Below are positions 27,480-35,067 of a stretch of DNA of 64,000 bases, piece by piece. The first letter of the stretch is position 1, and each line of letters opens with the position of its first letter. A program made the position numbers and the translations under genes. The DNA is from a virus, in the IMG/VR virus record IMGVR_UViG_3300025864_000012, positions 30,143 through 94,142 of that record; one strand, 5' to 3'. A model generated the notes under the pieces. The model was not told where the DNA came from and searched no databases. It saw nothing but the letters and a program-made list of their open reading frames with translations.

Positions 27480-27665
27480 TGGCAGCGGCCCCCGATTCTT
27501 CCTGCCGCTACCGTGCGAACCCCTGAATCGTCTCGACCCTGCTGGGGGTCAGGTCCGCGCCCGTCCCGAGACTTCAAGCCAAGCCAAAGGCCGCAGCCGA
27601 CGACTTGGCGCCCGGGGGCCGACTCACGTTGCGACGGTACCAGCTACGCCGTCGTGGTCGGCAGG
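27480..27665 (-). ncRNA. candidate structured RNA, possibly a detached tmRNA mRNA-like domain
   Basis: Closing helix CCTGCCG/CGGCAGG, two pseudoknot-compatible pairings, frame AKSSAAAFGLA* (27609-27574), ends in CCA 3 nt before the tRNA-like domain. Confidence 0.4.
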
Positions 27666-27666
27666 T

Positions 27667-28002
27667 TCAAGGCATCATGGCATCCTTACTGCACTTGGGG
27701 CAGAGGAGATGCCCGAGCCATTCACAGATAATGTCACTCGACAGTTCGTCGCCGCCATACATGGCCCCGAGAACGTTTAGGCATTCCTCTTCGTCATCCT
27801 CGGCGAACAGAACCCCGCAGTTAGGGCACATCACGGTGTAGTCAACGAATCCCGGATGATCGTCCGCGAACACCCGCAGCGCCGCCACGAAGTTTCCGCC
27901 AAGGTGCCGGAGCGGCCCCATGTCGTTGCACATCTCCAGCATCCGCAGTTCCAGCGGCTTCAGCACGTGGTCGTCGGGTACGGCGCGGATGTCAGTCACC
28001 AT
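27667..28002 (-). CDS. Zn-binding hypothetical protein
   Basis: CPNC...CPKC; coupled start. Confidence 0.55.
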   Translation of the reverse strand: MVTDIRAVPDDHVLKPLELRMLEMCNDMGPLRHLGGNFVAALRVFADDHPGFVDYTVMCPNCGVLFAEDDEEECLNVLGAMYGGDELSSDIICEWLGHLLCPKCSKDAMMP

Positions 28003-28127
28003 GCGACGAAACCGGCCCACGCCGCCGCGCATGCCCATCCCGCAGCCGCATCGAGGTTGTGCCGCCACAGACTCAAGGCGGCGTTCAGTGCGAAGACGAC
28101 TACGGCGATGGTGGCGATGGTAGTCAT
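27996..28127 (-). CDS. small membrane protein (43 aa)
   Basis: ATGA-coupled, two hydrophobic segments. Confidence 0.5.
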   Translation of the reverse strand: MTTIATIAVVVFALNAALSLWRHNLDAAAGWACAAAWAGFVAW

Positions 28128-28585
28128 TCGAGACTCCCGGAGGTCGGGTACACGACGGCACTGGCCAGCCCCTGCAACGTCTCCTCAAACCGACGCTCCG
28201 GCGACCACGAGTACATCTCTGAGCCGTGGTCGACGTACCCCCTGTGGAACCTGGCCCGCGCCGTCTTCAGAATTATGCCGTAGTGGTCGTCGATGAGGTT
28301 GTGCAGGTTGTCCAGTGCCTGTTCGGCCAGCGACTCGAATAGGAACTCCTGCACCGGGAACGGGACGCTAAAGCTTTGGAGTGCGTCCAAAGTCGGGTCC
28401 AAAGTGTCCAGTGTTTTGTCCACCTCGCCGTAGTCAATGTCCGTGACCGCGCCGCACTCGGGGCACTGATCACGGTCGTCCGGGCTGTCATTCTGTTCGC
28501 GCAACACGTCAGAATCAGATAGGTTGTGCGAATGAATTGACGTGGGCGCTTCGCACTCAGACAGCCAATGCAGGAATCCCACCAC
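28124..28585 (-). CDS. hypothetical protein with CPEC motif
   Basis: ORF fills the gap; acidic. Confidence 0.5.
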   Translation of the reverse strand: MVGFLHWLSECEAPTSIHSHNLSDSDVLREQNDSPDDRDQCPECGAVTDIDYGEVDKTLDTLDPTLDALQSFSVPFPVQEFLFESLAEQALDNLHNLIDDHYGIILKTARARFHRGYVDHGSEMYSWSPERRFEETLQGLASAVVYPTSGSLE

Positions 28586-28618
28586 ACCCCCAGTGGATAG
28601 CGTTTGGGGCAGACACCA

Positions 28619-29296
28619 TCAGTACGCCGTTTGTGCCCACGGTCCCCAGCCCTCTTTGAGCCAGAGCTTGCAGGCTTCCCGTAGGTTGTACTCGGCGGTG
28701 TAGAGCAGGCCCCAGAAGCGAAAGGCAACATGCTCGCGCCACATCTGCATCAGGCCTCTGAAGAAGCCGCCGTTCTCCTCTCCAGCACGCTCACGTCCAC
28801 TCGACTCGCGCATAATGACCTGGCTCAGCTTCGACCACGACGATGCCGGCCACCCAACCCAGCGGGCCAGCGGCAGCCACCGGATACCGTTCGAGGTGCC
28901 ACCCGGGTGCAGCATCTTATCTCGGCCAGCATGGGACTTCTTCTGCCAATCCTTCGCCTGGGAGCGCCACGTCCTTAGCGCCTTTTCCCAAGTCGCTTTG
29001 AGATGAGCACCACGAGGGACCGCCCGCACTTGTGTTGGCATGAGGGCGCGGAAGCACGCCCGGACGCGGCAGAGGCTGCGCCTCGCGCGGTGCGCAGCCC
29101 CCTTCGCCTTGAGGGCCCTGACCATCAGCTCAGAGCTGGCGAGCTCAGGGTTCGGCGTCACGGTGGGACTCGCGCTTGGCGACCCAGATGGCAACGGCTC
29201 CGAGGAACCCGCCGCGTTGGGGCCTATCACGATAATCACCATGACGAGGAACAACAGGACGAGAACGAGGACAACGCCAATTAGTCGAACCTTCAC
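28619..29296 (-). CDS. membrane-anchored/secreted lytic transglycosylase (SLT/Rpf-like)
   Basis: N-terminal TM; RESSG catalytic Glu, GLMQ, N...A..L....GWGPW. Confidence 0.8.
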   Translation of the reverse strand: MKVRLIGVVLVLVLLFLVMVIIVIGPNAAGSSEPLPSGSPSASPTVTPNPELASSELMVRALKAKGAAHRARRSLCRVRACFRALMPTQVRAVPRGAHLKATWEKALRTWRSQAKDWQKKSHAGRDKMLHPGGTSNGIRWLPLARWVGWPASSWSKLSQVIMRESSGRERAGEENGGFFRGLMQMWREHVAFRFWGLLYTAEYNLREACKLWLKEGWGPWAQTAY

Positions 29297-29337
29297 CTTG
29301 GACCTCCCTGGTCTTTTGCTGAATGCTCTATGTTACC

Positions 29338-29859
29338 TTATTTTGCGCCTCTTGTATAGGCCCCGCACCTTTCTTCTATCTGCTCAATAGACACGGGGTA
29401 GTATTTGCGTCCGTCCCACTCGGTGTCCACCCCTACATCAAACCGCATGCGCAGGCGTGAATCGAGGTGTTCTGGCAGCGGCTTACCGTGCGAGTGGCCA
29501 TGCAGCATCACGGTGTTCGGCCGCCAGGAAAGCCACGGATAGTGACAAACATAGTAGTGGCACTTATTGTGCCGAAAGTCTAGCGCCAGCGGATCGTGCC
29601 TCACCTTCGGATCGTGATTCCCCTTCACCCAGTGCACCGTACATGCGCTTTCCAGCGCAGCGGCGTATGCCCTGAACGTCTCTGGACGGAAGGCGAAGTC
29701 TCCTAGAACATACAGCTCGTCCGAAGGCCGAACCGTCTCTAGGGCATTCGCCAGAAGCGTACTGTTCATCTCGCCGACAGAATGGAACTCGTGGCGCTGC
29801 TTCTGCAGCCATTCGGCCCAGTGGTCGAGGTGGAAGTCTGCGATAAGCAGGATGGTCAC
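29338..29859 (-). CDS. calcineurin-like metallophosphoesterase
   Basis: ADFH, LGDF, GNHD, CHYP, HGHSH, DVGVD. Confidence 0.9.
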   Translation of the reverse strand: MTILLIADFHLDHWAEWLQKQRHEFHSVGEMNSTLLANALETVRPSDELYVLGDFAFRPETFRAYAAALESACTVHWVKGNHDPKVRHDPLALDFRHNKCHYYVCHYPWLSWRPNTVMLHGHSHGKPLPEHLDSRLRMRFDVGVDTEWDGRKYYPVSIEQIEERCGAYTRGAK

Positions 29860-29950
29860 TTCTTGCTCCTCGGCACACCACCCATACCGTACAACATTAC
29901 CGCAAGCTGAACTCTCCAACTCTCAGGGCGATCACTCTGCGCTAGCTCCT

Positions 29951-30496
29951 TCACTCGCAGCCTGCCGTCGGCGATCTCTGCAAGAATCCTGATGTGCATC
30001 TCCGTGACCATGTTTCTCCCTTACTGTCCGTACACATTGTGAGACATATGTCACACCAACGCTCACCGCTGTCGGTGGTGTGCAAGAGCCCCTCGCGTCC
30101 ACAACTCTCGCAACATCCAGGGCGGCATAACCACAAGTCGTAGGCCCGCTGCACCTCTTTGCGTGTGCGGCAGATACGAACGTTGCCTTCTTCAGCCACG
30201 GTGAGCTCGTAGGCTACACCACTCGAGAGATGACCTTGGCTGTTCTGCTCCCCCAGGATGCGGATGGCCCAGCAGGCCCGGATGTAGGCGGCATCAACCT
30301 CCAGGATCTCCCCCTGCGTCCATTTACGCGTAGATCGGTAGAACAACAGAAAGTCGTTCCCTGGGATGATCGGCGCCCAACCCTGCTCGAAGAGATACTC
30401 CGCTTCCACGTTCATGTCTGCTACGCGCTGAATGTAGTCGCCAGGAAACGGCTCCGTGAGAGGGCCTGCAACGTAGATCAGTGGCCGGTCCTTCAT
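29951..30496 (-). CDS. nucleoside 2-deoxyribosyltransferase-like (DUF4406-type) protein
   Basis: IYVAGP, G..P..P, D...I..C.A, S.G...E...A. Confidence 0.65.
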   Translation of the reverse strand: MKDRPLIYVAGPLTEPFPGDYIQRVADMNVEAEYLFEQGWAPIIPGNDFLLFYRSTRKWTQGEILEVDAAYIRACWAIRILGEQNSQGHLSSGVAYELTVAEEGNVRICRTRKEVQRAYDLWLCRPGCCESCGREGLLHTTDSGERWCDICLTMCTDSKGETWSRRCTSGFLQRSPTAGCE

Positions 30497-30939
30497 GGGG
30501 CACACTCCTGGTAGACGCCCATCCATCCTATGATGTCGACCATCGAGTCGTGATGTCCTGGCTGGCCGGCAAGACGGCTGACCTTCACCAGCTCAAGTAG
30601 CATGGGCACGTCGAACGGCTGAAGGAACTGATCTTCCGGCAGCAGGCCGCGCTTGTGCAGGTAGCCGTTCATCATCTCGGCGGTGGCCGCCATATCGAAG
30701 CGTGGGTCGCCGTAGTCCTTGTTGCGCACCCCGCAGACGGCGTTGACCGCCTCTTCTGCCAAGGCTTCAACGCGGGACCTCAGTGTGGTATTGGACCACT
30801 CGTCGGGGTACTGCACCTCGTCACAGATCTCATTCGCCGTCAGCCTTGACGCTGTATCGGCATTCGGCGACGGAAGCACGTAGTTCCCGCTCTCGTCGTA
30901 GTAGCTCACTAGCTGCTTGTCAACGAGAGCTGTTCGCAC
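30493..30939 (-). CDS. DUF6378-like protein (putative dNTP pyrophosphatase fold)
   Basis: R.KDYGDP...A....YL...DV...L.LVKVSR...H.DS.VDIIGW. Confidence 0.7.
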   Translation of the reverse strand: MRTALVDKQLVSYYDESGNYVLPSPNADTASRLTANEICDEVQYPDEWSNTTLRSRVEALAEEAVNAVCGVRNKDYGDPRFDMAATAEMMNGYLHKRGLLPEDQFLQPFDVPMLLELVKVSRLAGQPGHHDSMVDIIGWMGVYQECAP

Positions 30940-30990
30940 TCCTCTTGGTTCTCCTCCCACTGTTTCCTCCCTGTAGAGATTGTCCTTTGT

Positions 30991-31109
30991 GCTTTCTTAC
31001 GACCCCGAGCGCGGACGCCCCCGGGGGGTGGTGGAAAGTCCGTTCCCCAGCGTTTGTTCCAGCGACCCCAGTCATAAAGGGGCATCCACACATGGTCGGG
31101 GTATGAAGC
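30991..31109 (-). ncRNA. long irregular intergenic hairpin
   Basis: ACCCCGA/TCGGGGT, GTGGATGCCCC/GGGGCGTCCGC, GGGGT/ACCCC, TGGAA/TTCCA nested pairings. Confidence 0.35.
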
Positions 31110-31141
31110 TGCGGGCACTTAGCTCTTCTCCGAGGCTTCCA

Positions 31142-31477
31142 TTACCCCGCCACGACCCTAATCGTTCCGAGCGCACGCAGCAGCGGGGTTTCCATGCCGC
31201 CCGCTGTCTTCGTGAGGCGCGTGAGGATGCGGTACTTGCCGATCGCCACCGGGTCAACCAGATCAGCGAGCCTCGCCTTGCCGTAGTTCTGGCCGTCGAC
31301 GGCGGTCAGCGCAGCGGTGACGAAGGACTCCGACTCGTCGACTAACACCGTGCCGAGCGCTACCATCGCGGCCTGTGCCGTCCATTCGGAGGGCACGTAG
31401 GTGAAGCCCGGCGTTTCGCATTCGATTTGCCAGATGACGTACTCGTCGGTGCCCAAGATGTAGGTCGCGTCACTCAT
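31142..31477 (-). CDS. small virion accessory protein
   Basis: ATGA-coupled to the repeat protein; beta-rich, G.Y....R...ETP. Confidence 0.6.
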   Translation of the reverse strand: MSDATYILGTDEYVIWQIECETPGFTYVPSEWTAQAAMVALGTVLVDESESFVTAALTAVDGQNYGKARLADLVDPVAIGKYRILTRLTKTAGGMETPLLRALGTIRVVAG

Positions 31478-34299
31478 GATTCGGTTCTCCTGACTGCGGC
31501 CTGCCAGCCGCTCGGGTTCATGTCTGCTTGCCAGCCGCTCACGCGCAGCCGCGCGTGCCAGCCGCTGGGCATGAGGGTGATGACAAAGGCAAGGTCCTGG
31601 CCGATGAGGGCCATCTTGGTGCCGGTGACGCTAACGGCGGAGATGCCATCGGTTGTGAGCGAACCCTCCCAAACGGCTTGCGTGACGAACGCGACAGCCG
31701 CTACGGCGCTAATCGCCTCGCAGGCGAACGAGCCTTCCCAGACGGCTTCCGTCTTCGATGCTGCGATAGTGACCGCCGAGACGCCTGCGCATGAGAGGGC
31801 GGCCTCCCATGTGGCCTGCGTGGCGGTCCCCACGACGGCAACGGCCGAGCCCCCCGCGCAGGTGAAAGCGCCTTCCCAGGTGGCCTGTGTGGAGGCACCG
31901 ACGACGGCAACGGCGGAGCTTCCCCCGCAGGTGAACGCGCCTTCCCATACCGCTTGCGTCGACGTTGCGACAACCGTGATCGCACTCACGCCCAGGCAGG
32001 TGAACGCCCCCTCATAGGTGACAGGTGCGCCGGTCTTCCTGCCGACAGCGGCAACGGCACTGATACCTCCGCACGAGAAGCTTGCTTCCCAGATGGCCTG
32101 CGTAGCGCCTGCCGCAACGGCGGCGGCGCTGATCGCCCCACACGTGAAGCTTGCTTCCCAGATTGCCTCTGTCTTCGCGCCGACAACGGCGACCGAACTG
32201 ACGGCCCCGCAAGCGAAACTCGCCTCCCACACGGCCTGCGCTGGAGTGGCAGCGACAGCGACAGCGCTGATAGCCGCCACCGTGAATGAGGCTTCCCACG
32301 TGGCCTGTGTGGCGATACCGACAACAACGGTTGTCGATACGCCCTCGACCGCAAACGCGCCATCCCACACAGCGTGTGTGACGGTAGCGGCAGCAGCTAC
32401 GGCGCTGACTGCCTCGCAAGAGAATGAACCGTCCCACGTGTTGACGCCGATCTTGCCGCCGACAATGGCTACTGCCGTAATCCCCAAACAGGTGAAGGCA
32501 CCCTCCCACGTTGCCTGCGTGGGCGTGGGTACAATCGTGACCGCTGAAACAGCTTCGCACGAGAGCGAACCCTCCCAGATGGCATGCGTGAGCCCACCAA
32601 CGACGCTGACGGCAGAGACGCCTTCCGTTGTGAGAGACCCTTCCCAAACGGCCGATGTCACCGCTCCTGTGGCGGCAACGGACGACACGCCCCCACAAGC
32701 GAACGAACCCTCCCACGTTACAACGCCGATCTTGCCGCCAATGACCGCTGCTGCGGTGATGCATTCAACCGCGAACGATCCCTCCCACACGGCCTGCGCG
32801 GGCGTAGCCACGACAGCAACGGCACTCACGCCTGCGCAAGTGAACGCGCCTTCCCAAACGGCCTGGGATGGAGTAGCAGAGACCGCGACGGCGGAAATAG
32901 CCCCTACCGTGAGGGATGCCTCCCAAGCGGCATGCGTGACGATGGCGGTAGCAGCGACGGCGCTGACACCGGCAACCGTGAACACACCTTCCCACACGGC
33001 TTGCAGTGGTGTAGCGACAGCGGCTACTGCACTTATCGCCCCACATGCCAGGGAGCCTTCCCAAACTGCCTGCGTGGGCGTCGGCGCAACCGCGACAGTA
33101 GTCACGCCCTCGCAAGTGAACGAGCCCTCCCTGATGCCTATGTCTGCGGCGTGAGAGAAGAGTAGGGAGAGTGCGCCCTTGAATGCGGATACGGCTGTCT
33201 TAGTTCCGACAACGACGGCGGCACTGCTGGCCTCGCATGAGAAGGAGCCCTCCCAGACGGCATGGAGGGGGCTCGCGGTAGCGGCCACAGCACTGACGCC
33301 GTCGCAGGCGAAGCTACCTTCCCAGATGGCGTGGGCCAGACCAGCCGTGACAGCGGTGGAAGTCGTACCCTCAACGCTGAAGCTCGCTTCCCAGACTGCT
33401 TGGGCAGCAGTTCCTACGGCAGCGACGGCAGAGATTCCCGCGCAGGTGAATGAACCCTCCCACGTCGTAGCTCCCGCCGCCGATGTGAAGTCGACCTCGT
33501 CGCCGTATGTCGTCCCGTCGGAGGTGGTCGCGTATGACCTGACGTGGTAGTCGGTGCCCGCGCTAAGGCCCGTCAGGTCGCTGGGGTAAGTGACGGTAGG
33601 CAGGACCGCCGCCGCGCTGACGCCGTCGCAGGAGAAGGAGCCTTCCCACGTCATAATCTCGGTGATCGCGAGAACGACGTGCGCCAGGTCGTCGTTGCCG
33701 GACGTGCAGCCTCTGGCGCGGGAGCCGGTGGTCGGCGTCGTCTCGTAAGCCGTTCCGAAGGCGTAGGCATAGCTGCCAGAGAGTGTCTGCGCCAGCGTCA
33801 TGCCAGTGCTGGCCGCCGGGGCCGTGCTGGAGCCGGTATAGAGTCCCGCGAGGACGATGGCGGTGGCCGCGCCGGGGTTGATGGTCTGCGCGGCCCCGGC
33901 GGCGTTCTCTTGCTGCAGGACCGGAGTTACCGCGTTCCGCAGGTCGTAGTCGCCGCCGAGCAGGAAGCCGACCGCGTACATCGGGTTCGCGTTGTTCGTG
34001 CGCGTGACGACGACGCTCTGCGCGCCAGAGGGGACCGACGCGCCGAGAAGCCACGCCGTGACGCGGCCCGGCTCGGTCACGGTATCGGCAGCGGAGCCAC
34101 CCGTGATCTTCGTCAGCGTCTGGCCGCCGTAGGTGACGGCCGTAGCCTGCTCCGTCGCCGACACGCTCTGCATCGTGAACACGACAACGCCCTTGGGGGC
34201 GTCGCCCGCGATGCCGAGGGCGAACGTGAACGACGCCTGGCTGACGCTGCCGGTCGTGCCGGTGTGCGACTCAGCCGAGCGAATGAGGCTAACGGTCAT
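31474..34299 (-). CDS. 941-aa virion fibre-like protein with 23-aa repeats and an FN3-like C-half
   Basis: About 25 WE(G/A)(S/A)F.C.(G/A).SAV repeats with a 69-bp period; LTGL..GT.YHVRSYAT..G..YG...FT segment. Confidence 0.75.
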   Translation of the reverse strand: MTVSLIRSAESHTGTTGSVSQASFTFALGIAGDAPKGVVVFTMQSVSATEQATAVTYGGQTLTKITGGSAADTVTEPGRVTAWLLGASVPSGAQSVVVTRTNNANPMYAVGFLLGGDYDLRNAVTPVLQQENAAGAAQTINPGAATAIVLAGLYTGSSTAPAASTGMTLAQTLSGSYAYAFGTAYETTPTTGSRARGCTSGNDDLAHVVLAITEIMTWEGSFSCDGVSAAAVLPTVTYPSDLTGLSAGTDYHVRSYATTSDGTTYGDEVDFTSAAGATTWEGSFTCAGISAVAAVGTAAQAVWEASFSVEGTTSTAVTAGLAHAIWEGSFACDGVSAVAATASPLHAVWEGSFSCEASSAAVVVGTKTAVSAFKGALSLLFSHAADIGIREGSFTCEGVTTVAVAPTPTQAVWEGSLACGAISAVAAVATPLQAVWEGVFTVAGVSAVAATAIVTHAAWEASLTVGAISAVAVSATPSQAVWEGAFTCAGVSAVAVVATPAQAVWEGSFAVECITAAAVIGGKIGVVTWEGSFACGGVSSVAATGAVTSAVWEGSLTTEGVSAVSVVGGLTHAIWEGSLSCEAVSAVTIVPTPTQATWEGAFTCLGITAVAIVGGKIGVNTWDGSFSCEAVSAVAAAATVTHAVWDGAFAVEGVSTTVVVGIATQATWEASFTVAAISAVAVAATPAQAVWEASFACGAVSSVAVVGAKTEAIWEASFTCGAISAAAVAAGATQAIWEASFSCGGISAVAAVGRKTGAPVTYEGAFTCLGVSAITVVATSTQAVWEGAFTCGGSSAVAVVGASTQATWEGAFTCAGGSAVAVVGTATQATWEAALSCAGVSAVTIAASKTEAVWEGSFACEAISAVAAVAFVTQAVWEGSLTTDGISAVSVTGTKMALIGQDLAFVITLMPSGWHARLRVSGWQADMNPSGWQAAVRRTES

Positions 34300-34302
34300 A
34301 GC

Positions 34303-35067
34303 TTAGTCGTTCGTGTGTGAGTCGGCGATGGTCGGCGCGCCGCCGGTGTTCCAGCAGACGCCGCGGTCAATGATGTCCAGGCCGCTGGCGTTCTCGAGGG
34401 TGCCGCCGCTCGAAGCCGTGGTGGTAGTGATGGCGGTGATGGCCGTGGTGGCGAGGGTGGGGCCAGATGACGGCGGCGCGATAGCGACAACGGCGAACGC
34501 CTGCTCCGTCGTAGCCTTCGTCGACGTGATAGCCCCGGTCGCGCCTGTCGCATAGGTGGCATGTGCCGACTGGTAGTACCAATAGGAGTTAGCCGACTGG
34601 TCTCCGATCCACGTCGGGTTACCGTTCGTGGCTGAGAAAGTGACCGGGCCTGACCCGGCCTCGGTGCAGACCAGTAGGAGGTCGCCCGTCACTGCCGGGG
34701 TGAATCCCGCCACGGAGACGTAGTTGCTGGTGGTGGGAACATAGGCCGACGCGACGTACTCGACGGCCCCCGGAGTACTGACCGCGTAGAGCACTCCGGC
34801 GAGATTCAGCGCCGCCGAGTTTCCTACCGTGAAGGCGGAGGCTGCAACGTCGGCTGCGTCGGCTGTCTTCGTGTAGGTCTTGATGCGCTTGGCCGTGGTC
34901 CCCGAAGAGTCAATCAGCGTGAAGCCGCTAGGCGTCCCGCTCGGATCAGACGCCTCGGACATGACGAAGAACACCATCAAATCGCCAACGGCCAGACCGG
35001 ACGGTTTCGCGAGGCTCAGCGGATTGGCGGTCCCGAAGTTGTAGGTGAAGGAACGGTAGGCGCTCAT
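34303..35067 (-). CDS. virion accessory protein ending in an FN3-like N-half
   Basis: KPSGLAVGDLM domain; C-terminal TTAITAITTTTASSGG...RGVCW...PTIADSHTND. Confidence 0.7.
   Translation of the reverse strand: MSAYRSFTYNFGTANPLSLAKPSGLAVGDLMVFFVMSEASDPSGTPSGFTLIDSSGTTAKRIKTYTKTADAADVAASAFTVGNSAALNLAGVLYAVSTPGAVEYVASAYVPTTSNYVSVAGFTPAVTGDLLLVCTEAGSGPVTFSATNGNPTWIGDQSANSYWYYQSAHATYATGATGAITSTKATTEQAFAVVAIAPPSSGPTLATTAITAITTTTASSGGTLENASGLDIIDRGVCWNTGGAPTIADSHTND

Noticed and set aside
27545-27560. SRP RNA-like GGTCAGGTCC (+ strand) and 5S-like ACCTGACCCC (- strand)
   Set aside because: The surrounding conserved elements (GNRA/AGCAG loop; CCGAAC and 5S helices) are absent
31600-33660. CRISPR-like regular repeats
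   Set aside because: The 69-bp period is a coding repeat with degenerate DNA and no unique spacers
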